Positions 11,160-22,242 of a stretch of 32,000 bases of DNA are shown piece by piece (within the stretch, counting starts at the first letter, position 1; each line of letters opens with the position of its first letter). The notes below the pieces were generated by a model that was not told the origin of the DNA, did not search any database, and was given only the letters and a program-made list of their open reading frames with translations. This DNA comes from Dickeya dadantii NCPPB 898. GTDB lineage: Bacteria > Pseudomonadota > Gammaproteobacteria > Enterobacterales > Enterobacteriaceae. Position numbers and translations under genes: made by a program. The DNA lies in the NCBI RefSeq assembly GCF_000406145.1, contig NZ_CM001976.1, positions 3,774,955 through 3,806,954 of the forward strand, in the 5' to 3' direction.

Positions 11160-13397
11160 TCAATTGCCCTGCAACCGCCGGGCGTCAATCACATCCGGCA
11201 GTTGATTGAGCTTGGCCAGCACCCGGCCCAGCACCTGCAGGTTGTAGATCTCGATGTCCATGTCGATGGTGGCGAGCTGCTGTTTCACGTCGCTGCGGCT
11301 TGAAACCCCCAACACATTGACCTTTTCGTTAGCCAGAATGGTGGTGATGTCGCGCAACAGGCCGCTGCGGTCGTTGGCGGTCACCCGAACCACCAGCGAA
11401 TAGCCGCTGGAGTAGCTTTCGCCCCATACCGCTTCAACGATGCGCTCCGGCGCGTGACTGCGCAGGTCGTCGAGCTGTTCGCAGTCCGCACGGTGAATGG
11501 AGATGCCGCGCCCGCGGGTGATGAAGCCGATGATATCGTCGCCCGGAATCGGCTGGCAGCAGCGCGCGATGTGGTGCATCAGGTTGCCGACGCCTTCCAC
11601 CACCACCCGGCCGTTGTCTTTAGCGCTGGCGCGCTGGGCCGGTTGCTGGGATTTCTGCGTCAGCTGGCGCAGCGCTTCGCGATCCTGCTCTTCCGCGCTC
11701 GGCTGGTTCACTTTCGACTGCAGGAAGTTAACCAACTGATTAAGACGGATATCGCCGCCGCCGATGCCGGCCAGCAATTCATCCATCGAATTGATGTTGT
11801 AACGCGGCAACAGCAGTTTTTCCGCCATCTTCAGGCTCACGCCGAGATGCGCCAGTTCATCATCCAGAATCTGTTTACCCGCCAGGATATTCTTGTCGCG
11901 ATCCTGCTTGCGGAACCAGTTGTGAATTTTGGAACGCCCGCGGCTGGTGGTGATGTACCCCAGATTGGGGTTCAGCCAGTCGCGGCTTGGGTTCGGCTGC
12001 TTCTGGGTGATGACCTCTATCTGGTCGCCCATCTGCAACTGGTAGGTGAACGGCACGATACGCCCGCCCACCTTGGCGCCGATACAACGGTGGCCGATGT
12101 CGCTGTGGATGTGGTAAGCAAAATCCAGCGGCGTGGAACCGGTCGGCAAATCCACCACATCGCCTTTGGGGGTAAACACGTAGACGCGGTCGTCGAACAC
12201 CTGGCTGCGCACTTCGTCGAGCATTTCGTCCGAGTCGGCCATCTCTTCCTGCCAGGCCAGCAACTTACGCAGCCAGGCGATACGCTCTTCGTAACCGGAA
12301 CGTCCGCTGGTGGCGGCGCCTTCCTTGTATTTCCAGTGCGCGGCGACGCCCAGTTCAGCATCCTCGTGCATTTGCCGGGTACGAATCTGGATTTCCAGCG
12401 TCTTGCCGCCCGGCCCCAGCACCACGGTGTGGATCGACTGATAACCATTGGGCTTGGGGTTGGCGACATAGTCGTCGAACTCGTCCGGCAGGTGACGATA
12501 GTGGGTATGCACGATACCCAGCGCGGCGTAGCAATCCTGCAACCGCTCCACCACGATACGCACCGCCCGCACGTCGAACAGTTCGTCGAACGACAGCGAT
12601 TTCTTCTGCATCTTGCGCCAGATGCTGTAGATGTGTTTGGGGCGGCCATACACCTCGGCCTTCAGTTCCTCTTGCGCCATAGAGGCGCGCAGGTTTTTGA
12701 CGAAATCGTCGATGTACTGCTCGCGGTCGATACGACGTTCGTGCAACAGTTTGGCGATGCGTTTGTACTCATCCGGGTGCAGATAGCGGAAGCAGAAATC
12801 TTCCAGTTCCCATTTGAGCTGGCCGATACCCAGCCGGTTAGCCAGCGGCGCATAGATATTGGTACACTCTTTGGCCGCCAGCACGCGCTCTTCTTCCGGC
12901 GCATCCTTCACTTCGCGCAGGTGGGCGATACGCTCCGCCAGCTTGATCACCACGCAGCGGAAGTCTTCCACCATCGCCAGCAGCATACGGCGAATATTAT
13001 CCACCTGCTCGGAGGCCATCGAATCGTGCTGGGTGGCTTTAAGCTGGCGAATCGCATCCATATCGCGCACGCCATGCACCAGATTGACGATATTCTTGCC
13101 GAAGGTTTCCCGCAGCGTATCTTCGTCCACCACGTTGGCGTCCGCCAACGGGAACAGCATCGCCGCGCGCATGCTGTCGTTATCCATGCTTAGCGTGGAG
13201 AGGATTTCCACCATCTCGATACCGCGCCACAGCAGCAGCATCGCATCAGGGTGACCTTCTGTCTTTTCTTCGCAGTAGCGCCAGGTTTCGGCGAGACGCT
13301 CGCACGACGTTTTACTGGCGATACCCAGGGAGGCAATCCACGCGTCCGGCACGAACTTGCCTTCCGTATTCAAATGCGCACTTCTTACCGCAACCAT
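11160..13397 (-). CDS. relA: GTP pyrophosphokinase, (p)ppGpp synthetase I
   Basis: 745 aa, MVAVRSAHLNTEGKFVPDAWIASLGI…, with the RelA/SpoT synthetase, TGS and ACT regions recognisable. Confidence 0.97.
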   Translation of the reverse strand: MVAVRSAHLNTEGKFVPDAWIASLGIASKTSCERLAETWRYCEEKTEGHPDAMLLLWRGIEMVEILSTLSMDNDSMRAAMLFPLADANVVDEDTLRETFGKNIVNLVHGVRDMDAIRQLKATQHDSMASEQVDNIRRMLLAMVEDFRCVVIKLAERIAHLREVKDAPEEERVLAAKECTNIYAPLANRLGIGQLKWELEDFCFRYLHPDEYKRIAKLLHERRIDREQYIDDFVKNLRASMAQEELKAEVYGRPKHIYSIWRKMQKKSLSFDELFDVRAVRIVVERLQDCYAALGIVHTHYRHLPDEFDDYVANPKPNGYQSIHTVVLGPGGKTLEIQIRTRQMHEDAELGVAAHWKYKEGAATSGRSGYEERIAWLRKLLAWQEEMADSDEMLDEVRSQVFDDRVYVFTPKGDVVDLPTGSTPLDFAYHIHSDIGHRCIGAKVGGRIVPFTYQLQMGDQIEVITQKQPNPSRDWLNPNLGYITTSRGRSKIHNWFRKQDRDKNILAGKQILDDELAHLGVSLKMAEKLLLPRYNINSMDELLAGIGGGDIRLNQLVNFLQSKVNQPSAEEQDREALRQLTQKSQQPAQRASAKDNGRVVVEGVGNLMHHIARCCQPIPGDDIIGFITRGRGISIHRADCEQLDDLRSHAPERIVEAVWGESYSSGYSLVVRVTANDRSGLLRDITTILANEKVNVLGVSSRSDVKQQLATIDMDIEIYNLQVLGRVLAKLNQLPDVIDARRLQGN

Positions 13398-13406
13398 AAT
13401 CTCTCC

Positions 13407-14741
13407 CTACTTTACCGAGCCATCGGAACCAAGCAAAAACAGTGCCATCGACTCAAGATGTCCGGTATGTGGAAACATATCCAGCATGGCCAGCCGGGCC
13501 AGACGATAACCGGCAGCCATCAGCACCTTGCTGTCCCGCGCCAGCGTGGTGGGGTTACAGGATATATACACCACCCGCCGGGGAGCCAGTTTCACAATCT
13601 GCGGCATCACTCCCGGCGCGCCGGCACGGGCCGGATCGAGCAGTATCTTATCAAATCCCATCGACGCCCACGGTTGCCGGGTGACGTCCTCTTCCAGGTC
13701 ATGATGATAAAATGTGACCTGCGTCAGCCCGTTACGTTGGGCGTTCTCCCGCCCTTTTTCCACCAGCGCCGCCACGCCTTCGACCCCGACCACGCTGCCG
13801 GCGCGCGCAGCTAGCGGCAGGGTAAAATTGCCCATGCCGCAAAACAGATCGAGCACCCGGTCCTGCGGCTGCGGGTCCAGCCACGTCAGCGCCCGTTCCA
13901 CCATACGCTGGTTGATGTCGTCATTGACCTGAATAAAATCCCGCGGGCTGAACGCCAGCGACAACCCGGCGATGCGATAAGACGGCATGTCGCCGTGCAG
14001 GCATTCCAGCGCGCCGGCTTCCGGCGTCGCAAACAGCGCCGTGCCGTGCCGGGCGGCAAACGCCGTCAGCGCCTGCCGGTCGGCGTCGCGCAACGGATCC
14101 AGATGACGCAAAATCACCAGCGGCCCTTGCTCGGCCAGCACCAGCTCCACGTGCCCGAGCCGCCGGACGGCCTGCAACTGCCCGAGGCAGTCGCGCAACG
14201 GCGCCAGCAGCGCCTCCAGCTCCGGGCGCAAAATCGGGCAGGCGCCGATATCCACCAAATCGTGCGATCCCGCCTGCCGGTAGCCCATCTGCAACCGGCG
14301 CGTTTTCGCCTGATAGTATAATGCAAGGCGCGCGCGACGGCGGTAGGCGTAGGCCGATCCGGCGATCACTTCCGGCTCCGGCGGAACGGCGCCGGTTTCC
14401 CGCGTCATCAGGTGTGTCAGCGCGGCCGCCTTGCTGCGATGCTGCAGCGGCTGGCTGGCATGCTGCTGCTGACAACCGCCGCAAACGGAAAAATGCGGGC
14501 AGCGCGGCGTCACGCGCTCGTCGCTGGTGGTCAACAACCGCCGCAGCCGGGCATGGGCAAACTGGCGTTTCTCCTCCGTCAACTGCACCTCGGCCTGCTC
14601 ACCCGGCAGCACACCGGGGATGAACAGCGTTTTTCCCTGATGGCGGGCTACTCCCTGTCCGAATGGATCCAGATCATTCGCCGTCACGGTAAGGGTTTGC
14701 CGGGTCGTCACGCGCCGGTTTGGAGAGTAGAATTGCGCCAT
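13407..14741 (-). CDS. rlmD: 23S rRNA (uracil1939-C5)-methyltransferase
   Basis: 444 aa, [15 protein letters not shown]…, with the Fe-S cysteine cluster [14 protein letters not shown] and a SAM-MTase C-terminus. Its stop codon is followed after 6 nt by the relA start codon. Confidence 0.93.
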   Translation of the reverse strand: MAQFYSPNRRVTTRQTLTVTANDLDPFGQGVARHQGKTLFIPGVLPGEQAEVQLTEEKRQFAHARLRRLLTTSDERVTPRCPHFSVCGGCQQQHASQPLQHRSKAAALTHLMTRETGAVPPEPEVIAGSAYAYRRRARLALYYQAKTRRLQMGYRQAGSHDLVDIGACPILRPELEALLAPLRDCLGQLQAVRRLGHVELVLAEQGPLVILRHLDPLRDADRQALTAFAARHGTALFATPEAGALECLHGDMPSYRIAGLSLAFSPRDFIQVNDDINQRMVERALTWLDPQPQDRVLDLFCGMGNFTLPLAARAGSVVGVEGVAALVEKGRENAQRNGLTQVTFYHHDLEEDVTRQPWASMGFDKILLDPARAGAPGVMPQIVKLAPRRVVYISCNPTTLARDSKVLMAAGYRLARLAMLDMFPHTGHLESMALFLLGSDGSVK

Positions 14742-14801
14742 AAGTGTGCTGTCATTGATTTAATGGAATAGTCGACCTTAATTGTCCCACATTGGAACCT
14801 C

Positions 14802-17567
14802 ATGACCAAATACAGTCTGCGCGCACGTATGATGATACTGATTCTGGCCCCGACCATGCTTATCGGGCTGCTGCTCAGTAGTTTTTTCGTCATCCACCGC
14901 TATAACCAGTTGCAGGAACAGTTGGCCGACGCCGGCGCCAGTATCATTCAACCGCTGGCGGTCAACAGCGCCTATGCCTTGACCCAACGTCAGCCGGAAT
15001 CGCTGCGGCAACTGGTCAATATGCTGCATCGTCATCACTCCGGCATTGTGCGCACCATCAGCGTATTCGACGCCCGCAACCAGCTGATTGTCACCAGCAA
15101 CCCCAACAATCCACACGGCCAGTTGTTACAGGTGCCGTCCGGCAACCCGTTGCCGACCACTCTGCGGCTGCAAAACGAAGAAGAGTGCCTGGTGTTGCAG
15201 ATGCCTATCGAAAACGAGGGCGAAGTCTCCGCGGGTACGATTATCAGCCGGCAGGCGCCGATGGGTTATGTGGCGGTCGAGTTGGATTTGAACACCATCC
15301 GGTTGCAGCAATACCGGGAGATGTTCATGGCCGCGATGCTGTTGCTGTTCTGCATGGGCGTGGCGATGCTGCTGGCTTATCGATTGATGCGCGATGTGAC
15401 CATTCCCATCCGCAACATGGTGGAAACGGTGGATCGTATCCGTCGCGGCCAGTTGGACAGCCGGGTGGAAGGCCACATGCTGGGCGAGCTGGACATGCTG
15501 AAAAACGGCATCAACTCGATGGCGATGTCGCTCACCGCCTATCACGAGGAGATGCAGCAAAATATCGATCAGGCCACCTATGACCTGCGCGAAACGCTGG
15601 AACAGATGGAGATCCAGAACGTTGAGCTGGATCTGGCCAAAAAGCGGGCTCAGGAAGCGGCGCGCATCAAATCCGAGTTCCTGGCCAACATGTCCCACGA
15701 ACTGCGCACGCCGCTTAACGGCGTTATCGGTTTTACCCGCCAGACGCTGAAAACCCAACTGACGTCGACCCAGAAGGATTACCTGCAAACCATCGAGCGC
15801 TCCGCCAACAATCTGCTCAATATCATCAATGACGTGCTGGACTTCTCCAAGCTGGAAGCCGGAAAACTGGTGCTGGAGAACATCCCGTTCTCGCTGCACA
15901 ACACGCTGGATGAAGTGATTATGCTGCTGGCGCATACCGCTCATGAGAAAGGGCTGGAACTGACGCTGAACATCCAGCATGACGTGCCGGAACAGTTCGT
16001 CGGCGATCCGCTGCGTTTGCAGCAAATCATCACCAATCTGCTGGGCAACGCCATCAAGTTTACCGAACAGGGCAACATTGATATCCGCATCGAAAAGCGC
16101 AGGCAGGAGAGTGTGCAGGTGCTGCTGGAAATCCAGATCAAGGATACCGGCATCGGTATTGCCGAAGCGCAGCAGACCCAGCTGTTTCAGGCGTTCCGTC
16201 AGGCAGACACCAGTATTTCACGCCAGCACGGCGGCACCGGCCTGGGGCTAGTGATTACCCAACGACTGGTACGGGAAATGGGCGGCGATATCAGTTTCCA
16301 CAGCAAACCGAATCAGGGCACCACCTTCTGGTGTACCGTCAACCTACAGTTGAACCCGCACGTGCTGGAACCCGATTATCACTTTGATCGTTTACAGGGC
16401 AAACATCTGGCCTACGTGGAAGCCAACCCGGCGGCGGCTCAGGCAACGCTGGATATTCTGGTGCATACGCCGCTGACCGTCAGCTACAGCCCGACGCTGG
16501 AACAGTTGCCGGAACGCACCTTCGACATCCTGCTGATCGGCGTACCGATCCACTACCGCAATACGCTGCTGGATTTCACACCGCTGATTCGTGACTTCTG
16601 CCGTCTGGCATCCTGCGTGATTCTGGCGCTGCCGAGCATGGCGGAAATGGAAGCGGAACAGCTGAAATCGTTCGGCATCCACGCCAGCCTGAGCAAGCCG
16701 ATTACGGCGCCGCGGCTGTTGGCGATGCTGCAGGATAACAGCCTGTTTAGTCAGGACAGCAACGAACTCGCGCTACCGCCGCCCACCATGTCGTTCAGCC
16801 GTTTGCCGCTCAGCGTCATGGCGGTGGACGACAACCCGGCCAACCTGAAGCTGATCGGCGCGCTGCTGGAAGAACAGGTGGAGAACATCATTCTGTGCGA
16901 AAGCGGCGCCGACGCCATCGCCCGCGCGCAGGGCACCCATCTGGATATCATTCTGATGGACATACAGATGCCCGGCATGGACGGCCTGCAGGCCAGCGAG
17001 CATATCCGCCAACTGTCGCAGCATACGCATACGCCGATCGTGGCGGTAACCGCGCACACCATGAGCGGCGAGCGCGAAGTGCTGCTGCAATCGGGTATGG
17101 ATGATTATCTGTCCAAACCCATCGACGAACAGATGCTGCGCCAGACGCTGCTGCGCCATGCCTGTAAAACACTAAGCGAACCGCCCGCGCTGCCGCCGCC
17201 GGCGGTCACGGCACAGTCGCCGCTGTCGCTGGACTGGGACCTGGCGTTGCGACAGGCTGCCAGCAAACCGGATCTGGCGCGCGACCTGCTGGTCATGTTG
17301 CTGGATTTTCTGCCGGATGTGCGTCAGCAGGTGGACGCGGTGCTGGTGGGGACCCCACCGGACAATCTAGTCGACATCATCCACAAACTGCACGGTAGTT
17401 GCAGCTATAGCGGCGTACCGCGGCTCAAGCAGATCTGCCACTGCCTCGAACAGGCGCTGCGCAAAGGCATGTCGGTTGATGAACTGGAACCCGAATGGCT
17501 GGAGTTGATGGACGAAATGGCGAATGTGGAAAAAGCGGCGCGCAAACGGCTGGAAGCCTCAGCCTGA
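14802..17567 (+). CDS. barA: Hybrid sensor histidine kinase BarA/GacS (HAMP, HisKA, HATPase, receiver, HPt)
   Basis: 921 aa, [30 protein letters not shown]…, H-box [10 protein letters not shown], receiver [14 protein letters not shown], and a C-terminal HPt ([11 protein letters not shown]). Confidence 0.95.
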   Translation: MTKYSLRARMMILILAPTMLIGLLLSSFFVIHRYNQLQEQLADAGASIIQPLAVNSAYALTQRQPESLRQLVNMLHRHHSGIVRTISVFDARNQLIVTSNPNNPHGQLLQVPSGNPLPTTLRLQNEEECLVLQMPIENEGEVSAGTIISRQAPMGYVAVELDLNTIRLQQYREMFMAAMLLLFCMGVAMLLAYRLMRDVTIPIRNMVETVDRIRRGQLDSRVEGHMLGELDMLKNGINSMAMSLTAYHEEMQQNIDQATYDLRETLEQMEIQNVELDLAKKRAQEAARIKSEFLANMSHELRTPLNGVIGFTRQTLKTQLTSTQKDYLQTIERSANNLLNIINDVLDFSKLEAGKLVLENIPFSLHNTLDEVIMLLAHTAHEKGLELTLNIQHDVPEQFVGDPLRLQQIITNLLGNAIKFTEQGNIDIRIEKRRQESVQVLLEIQIKDTGIGIAEAQQTQLFQAFRQADTSISRQHGGTGLGLVITQRLVREMGGDISFHSKPNQGTTFWCTVNLQLNPHVLEPDYHFDRLQGKHLAYVEANPAAAQATLDILVHTPLTVSYSPTLEQLPERTFDILLIGVPIHYRNTLLDFTPLIRDFCRLASCVILALPSMAEMEAEQLKSFGIHASLSKPITAPRLLAMLQDNSLFSQDSNELALPPPTMSFSRLPLSVMAVDDNPANLKLIGALLEEQVENIILCESGADAIARAQGTHLDIILMDIQMPGMDGLQASEHIRQLSQHTHTPIVAVTAHTMSGEREVLLQSGMDDYLSKPIDEQMLRQTLLRHACKTLSEPPALPPPAVTAQSPLSLDWDLALRQAASKPDLARDLLVMLLDFLPDVRQQVDAVLVGTPPDNLVDIIHKLHGSCSYSGVPRLKQICHCLEQALRKGMSVDELEPEWLELMDEMANVEKAARKRLEASA

Positions 17568-17673
17568 AACGCCGGCCGGCGATTTAAAAACAGAATGCCA
17601 TCAGGCAGGCGGATGCACGCAAAGGCAGCGCCTGCCGGTTGGTCAGCCGTCGCGGCGACGGCCAGCGACGAGC

Positions 17674-18816
17674 TCAGGAAATCGCCTGCGCCAGTTTGAT
17701 GGTGGCGGCAATATTGCGTGCGGTCATCCGTACATTGTCGGCGGCGTTATCCAGCGCTTCCTCCAGCGAACAGATGTTGTAAAGCACGCTGAATACCGCA
17801 TCCAGCCCATGATCGTGCACCACGCCCACGTCGGCCGTCAGGCTGCCGGCAATGCCGATCACCGGTTTGTGGTAGCGTTTAGCCACAGAAGCGACGCCAA
17901 TCGGCACCTTGCCGTGAATAGTCTGACTGTCGATACGGCCTTCGCCGGTGATCACCAGCGACGCATCCCTGACCAGTTCATCCAGCCCTAACGCTTCGGT
18001 GACAATCTCGATGCCGCGACGCAATTCCGCGCCGCAAAACGCCAGCAACGCCGCGCCCATGCCGCCGGCGGCGCCTGCGCCCGGCACCGGCTCCACGTCG
18101 ATGTCCAGATCGTGGCGGATCACTTCCGCATAGTGCCGTAATGCCTGATCCAACTGTTCCACCATCGCCTTGGTGGCGCCTTTCTGCGGCCCGAACACCG
18201 CCGACGCGCCCTGTTTGCCGGTCAGCGGATTGGTGACATCGCAGGCCACCTCAAACCGGCACTGCCGGATACGCGGGTCCAGCGAGCGAGTATCAATGTG
18301 CGCTAGTCGCGCCAGCTCAGCGCCGCCAAACCCGATCGGCTGCTTCGCGTCGTCCAGCAACTGCGCGCCCAATGCCTGCACCATCCCAGCGCCGCCATCG
18401 TTGGTGGCGCTGCCGCCGATGCCGATAATACAGTGGCGAACGCCGTGATCGAGCGCGCAGCGAATCAGCTCGCCGGTGCCATAGCTGGTGGTCAGCAGCG
18501 GATTACGCAGGTGCGGCGGCACCCGTTCCAGTCCGCTGGCGGCCGCCATCTCGATGAACGCCGTTTTTTCATCCCCTGACAGCCCGAAAAAAGCGTCGGT
18601 ATCATCGCCCAGCGGACCGGTGACGTTCACCTTGACGATTTTTCCGCGGGTTGCCGCCACCATGGCCTCCACGGTTCCCTCCCCCCCATCGGCGACCGGC
18701 AGTTTTACGTAGCTGGCGTCGGGGAACACCTCCCGAAAGCCGGCCTCAATCTGCGTCGCCACTTCCTGGGCGGATAAGCTCTCTTTGTAAGAATCCGGTG
18801 CGATAACTATTTTCAT
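17674..18816 (-). CDS. garK: Glycerate 2-kinase
   Basis: 380 aa, MKIVIAPDSYKESLSAQEVA…VADGGEGTVEAM…, a close match in pattern to E. coli GarK/GlxK. Its position after garL-garR favours garK. Confidence 0.9.
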   Translation of the reverse strand: MKIVIAPDSYKESLSAQEVATQIEAGFREVFPDASYVKLPVADGGEGTVEAMVAATRGKIVKVNVTGPLGDDTDAFFGLSGDEKTAFIEMAAASGLERVPPHLRNPLLTTSYGTGELIRCALDHGVRHCIIGIGGSATNDGGAGMVQALGAQLLDDAKQPIGFGGAELARLAHIDTRSLDPRIRQCRFEVACDVTNPLTGKQGASAVFGPQKGATKAMVEQLDQALRHYAEVIRHDLDIDVEPVPGAGAAGGMGAALLAFCGAELRRGIEIVTEALGLDELVRDASLVITGEGRIDSQTIHGKVPIGVASVAKRYHKPVIGIAGSLTADVGVVHDHGLDAVFSVLYNICSLEEALDNAADNVRMTARNIAATIKLAQAIS

Positions 18817-18853
18817 AAACGACTCGCGTCATCAACTACCCGCGCTGTAGGCT

Positions 18854-19010
18854 GTGTCCCGCAATTATTCGCGTCGCCGACGTAGAACCAGGGCCAAGTC
18901 ACAGTGTCCCGCCTGACGCGGCGCGTGTCTGGCTTGCCAAACTACGCGGTTCGCGTCCGCTCTCGCTGCGATTTGACCGCCAGCCGCTGTCACGCACAAT
19001 TGCGGGACAC
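18854..19010. repeat. REP-like structured spacer carrying three copies of GTGTCCCGC (two direct, one inverted)
   Basis: gtgtcccgcaatt (18854-18866) is the reverse complement of aattgcgggacac (18998-19010). A third gtgtcccgc lies at 18904-18912. It sits within a 270-bp non-coding gap inside the garLRK transcription unit. Confidence 0.4.
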
Positions 19011-19087
19011 AACCAGGAACCGGCGCAAGTCAAAAATGTTCCGTTAACCGGGCGGCCCCGCGCCTTGTGCCGGCGCCGCCCCGTCAA

Positions 19088-19972
19088 CTACCGAGTAACT
19101 TCCACTTTCGCCAGTTTCTCGTAATAACGAGCCAGCGCGCTGTGGTCGGCGCTGCCCAGATCGTCGGCCTTCAGCGCCTGCATCATTTCCATCACCGCGG
19201 CGGTCAGCGGCAACTGCGCCCCGACGCCGTGAGACGTATCCAGCGCGTTAGCCAGATCCTTGATATGCAGATCGATACGGAAACCGGGCTTAAAGTTGCG
19301 GTCCATCACCATCGGCGCCTTGGCATCCAGCACGGTGCTACCTGCCAGACCGCCGCGAATCGCCTGATACACCAGGTCCGGATTCACGCCGGCTTTGGTC
19401 GCCAGCACCAGCGCTTCCGACATGGCGGCGATATTCAGCGCCACGATGACCTGATTCGCCAGCTTGGTGACGTTGCCCGCGCCGATATCGCCGGTGTGCA
19501 CCACCGAACCGGCCATCGCCTTCATCACCTCATAGCTGCTGTCGAACACCGCTTTGTCGCCGCCGACCATCACCGACAGCGTACCGTCGATCGCTTTTGG
19601 CTCGCCGCCGCTGACCGGCGCATCCAGCATAACGACGCCTTTTTCCGCCAGCGCCGCGGCAATTTCACGGCTGGCCAGCGGGGCGATAGAACTCATGTCG
19701 ATCACCACCGCGCCTTTGCGCGCGCCCTCGATCACGCCGTTCTCACCCAACACCACCTCTTTTACATGAGGCGAGTTCGGCAGCATGGTAATCACGATAT
19801 CGCTCTGCTCAGCGACCGCTTTCGGCGTTTCAGCCGAAGTGGCGCCCGCCGCGACAACTTCGGCGACCGCCGCGCTGTTTCTGTCCAGCACGACCAATGA
19901 GTAACCCGCTTTGATCAGGTTTTTGCTCATCGGTTTGCCCATGATACCCAGTCCAATAAAACCAATTTTCAT
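19088..19972 (-). CDS. garR: 2-hydroxy-3-oxopropionate (tartronate semialdehyde) reductase
   Basis: Start moved to Met8 of the track ORF (MKIGFIGLGIMGKPMSKNLIKAGYSLVV), matching the Rossmann N-terminus of E. coli GarR. Confidence 0.9.
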   Translation of the reverse strand: MKIGFIGLGIMGKPMSKNLIKAGYSLVVLDRNSAAVAEVVAAGATSAETPKAVAEQSDIVITMLPNSPHVKEVVLGENGVIEGARKGAVVIDMSSIAPLASREIAAALAEKGVVMLDAPVSGGEPKAIDGTLSVMVGGDKAVFDSSYEVMKAMAGSVVHTGDIGAGNVTKLANQVIVALNIAAMSEALVLATKAGVNPDLVYQAIRGGLAGSTVLDAKAPMVMDRNFKPGFRIDLHIKDLANALDTSHGVGAQLPLTAAVMEMMQALKADDLGSADHSALARYYEKLAKVEVTR

Positions 19973-20046
19973 TGCGATAACCTCGTTGTCCATTCAGTGA
20001 CATGGTCAGATATGTTTACGGCCGATGCGGCCCTGATTAATCCAAG

Positions 20047-20817
20047 TTACTTTTTGAATTTGTCGCACAGCGCCTGCGTGGCGCCGCGGAACACGCCCAG
20101 ATCGCTGCCCACCGCCACAAAACGCGCGCCCCATTCCAGATAACGGCGGGCATCCGCTTCCACCGGCGCCAGAATGCCGCTCGGCTTGCCGTGGGCGGCG
20201 GCGCGTTCAAAGATGTGGCGAATCACTTTCTGCACTTCCGGATGATTGGGCTGCCCCAGATACCCCAGCGCGGCCGACAGGTCGCCCGGGCCGACGAAAA
20301 TGCCGTCAACGCCGTCCACCGCGGCGATCGCGTCCAGGTTGTCCACCCCTTCCTGCGTTTCGATCTGCACCAGCACGGTGATGTTGTCGTTAATGGTGGC
20401 GAAGTAGTTCGGTTCGGTGCCGTAAGCGTTGCTGCGATGTCCAACAGACACGCCGCGAATACCGGCCGGCGGATAACGGGTCGACGCCACGGCGCGGACG
20501 GCCTCCTCTTCGCTTTCCACAAACGGGATCAGGAAGTTGTAGAAGCCGATATCCAGCAAACGCTTGATGATTACCGGCTCATTACAGGGCGGACGCACCA
20601 CCGGCGCGCTGTGGCTGCCTTTCAGCGCCATCAGTTGCGGAATAAAGGTGTTGATGTCGTTCGGCGCGTGCTCGCCGTCCAGTACCAGCCAGTCAAACCC
20701 CGCCAGCCCCAATACCTCGGTGGAAATCGGATTACCCAGTGCGCACCAGCAACCGATCAGGGTTTTCCCCTGCTGTAAATCCTGGCGAAATTGGTTAGGC
20801 AATAGTGGCGTCTTCAT
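20047..20817 (-). CDS. garL: 2-dehydro-3-deoxyglucarate aldolase
   Basis: 256 aa, collinear with E. coli GarL (…[16 protein letters not shown]…[22 protein letters not shown]…FKK). Confidence 0.93.
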   Translation of the reverse strand: MKTPLLPNQFRQDLQQGKTLIGCWCALGNPISTEVLGLAGFDWLVLDGEHAPNDINTFIPQLMALKGSHSAPVVRPPCNEPVIIKRLLDIGFYNFLIPFVESEEEAVRAVASTRYPPAGIRGVSVGHRSNAYGTEPNYFATINDNITVLVQIETQEGVDNLDAIAAVDGVDGIFVGPGDLSAALGYLGQPNHPEVQKVIRHIFERAAAHGKPSGILAPVEADARRYLEWGARFVAVGSDLGVFRGATQALCDKFKK

Positions 20818-20839
20818 GTTTTGTCCTTACTCTTTACCT

Positions 20840-20860
20840 CGCCGCCCCGGATGGGCGGCG
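20840..20860 (-). other. GC-rich intra-operon stem-loop between gudD and garL
   Basis: cgccgccc (20840-20847) pairs with gggcggcg (20853-20860) with a 5-nt loop. No T-run follows. Confidence 0.4.
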
Positions 20861-20886
20861 CGTCTTAATTAACGAACAACGATGGG

Positions 20887-22227
20887 TTAACGAACCAGAC
20901 AGGGGCGTTTATTATCAAACGTCCATTTGGGAACCAGGTACTGCATGCCGACGGCGTCGTTACGCGCGCCCAACCCCATGTTTTTATACAGCTCATGAGC
21001 TTTCATTACCTGATCCATATCCAGTTCGACGCCCAGACCCGGTTTCTTCGGCACTTCGACCATACCGCCGACGATTTGTAACGGTTCTTTGGTCAAACGC
21101 TGATTACCTTCCTGCCAGATCCAGTGGGTATCAATGGCGGTGATGCGGCCCGGCGCGGCGGCAGCCACGTGGGTGAACATCGCCAGTGAAATATCAAAAT
21201 GGTTGTTGGAGTGCGAACCCCAGGTCAAGCCCCACTCATGGCACATCTGCGCCACGCGCACCGACCCTTGCATGGTCCAGAAATGCGGGTCCGCCAGCGG
21301 GATATCCACTGATTGCAGGGAAATGGTGTGCCCCATCTGACGCCAGTCGGTGGCGATCATGTTGGTGGCGGTGGGCAACCCGGTGGCGCGGCGGAATTCC
21401 GCCATCACTTCACGGCCGGAGAAGCCCTGTTCGGCGCCGCACGGGTCCTCGGCGTAAGCCAGCACGCCGCGCAGTTGTTTGCCGAGGCGAATCGCTTCCT
21501 CCAGCGACCAGGCGCCGTTCGGGTCCAGCGTGATGCGCGCCTGCGGGAAATGTTTGGCCAGCGCGGTCACCGCTTCCGCTTCTTCGCTGCCGGCCAGCAC
21601 GCCGCCTTTCAGTTTGAAATCGTTGAAGCCGTATTTTTCATACGCCGCTTCCGCCAGACGCACCACCGTTTCCGGCGTCAGCGCCTCTTCGTGGCGCAGG
21701 CGATACCAGTCGCATTTTTCATTCGGCTGGCTCTGGTACGGCAGGTCGGTCTTGTTGCGATCGCCGATGTAGAACAGATAGCCCAGCATCTCCACCGCGT
21801 CACGCTGTTGACCGTCGCCCAGCAACGCCGCCACCGGTACGTTCAGGAACTGCCCCAGCAGGTCCAGCATCGCGGCTTCAATGCCGGTTACCACGTGAAT
21901 GGTGGTGCGCAGGTCGAAGGTTTGCAGGCCGCGGCCGGAGGAGTCGCGGTCGGCGAACTGGTTGCGCACCGCGGTCATCACGTTTTTGTATTCGCCCAGC
22001 GTTTTACCCACCACCAGCGCGGCGGCGTCTTCCAACGTCTGGCGGATCTTCTCGCCGCCGGGAATTTCACCCACACCGGTATGGCCCGCGTTGTCTTTGA
22101 GGATCACGATATTGCGGGTGAAGTACGGCGCGTGAGCCCCGCTGAGGTTTAGCAACATGCTGTCGTGCCCGGCGACAGGGATCACCTGCATACTGGTAAT
22201 AACCGGGGTGGAACTTTGCGACGTCAT
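20887..22227 (-). CDS. gudD: Glucarate dehydratase
   Basis: 446 aa, collinear with E. coli GudD (…[53 protein letters not shown]…). Confidence 0.92.
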   Translation of the reverse strand: MTSQSSTPVITSMQVIPVAGHDSMLLNLSGAHAPYFTRNIVILKDNAGHTGVGEIPGGEKIRQTLEDAAALVVGKTLGEYKNVMTAVRNQFADRDSSGRGLQTFDLRTTIHVVTGIEAAMLDLLGQFLNVPVAALLGDGQQRDAVEMLGYLFYIGDRNKTDLPYQSQPNEKCDWYRLRHEEALTPETVVRLAEAAYEKYGFNDFKLKGGVLAGSEEAEAVTALAKHFPQARITLDPNGAWSLEEAIRLGKQLRGVLAYAEDPCGAEQGFSGREVMAEFRRATGLPTATNMIATDWRQMGHTISLQSVDIPLADPHFWTMQGSVRVAQMCHEWGLTWGSHSNNHFDISLAMFTHVAAAAPGRITAIDTHWIWQEGNQRLTKEPLQIVGGMVEVPKKPGLGVELDMDQVMKAHELYKNMGLGARNDAVGMQYLVPKWTFDNKRPCLVR

Positions 22228-22242
22228 GATAGTTTCCTTCTG

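Noticed and set aside
11454-13193. 579-aa ORF antisense to relA. Similar long antisense ORFs include 2024..3112, 7076..7813, 7932..9002, 10177..10920, 15126..16025, 19067..19900, 21313..22152, 22366..23640 and 26252..26947.
   Set aside because: Each lies entirely inside a well-recognised conserved gene on the opposite strand. Their composition is Arg/His/Gln/Ala/Gly-rich and low-complexity, and they lack SD sequences. These are typical shadow ORFs in a GC-rich coding strand.
17604-17662. Hairpins ggcaggcg…cgcctgcc and gccgtcgc/gcgacggc between convergent barA and garK, as terminators.
   Set aside because: The stems are real, but the loops are atypical (17 nt and about 1-5 nt) and neither strand has a T-run. 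They may function, but are too uncertain to call as features.
18899-19087. 62-aa Arg/Ser-rich ORF in the garR-garK spacer. Similar cases are 63 aa at 9942..10133 and the ORFs at 24993..25229 and 25236..25427.
   Set aside because: They have no ribosome-binding sites, compositions dictated by repeat or GC-rich structure, and lie within regulatory spacers.
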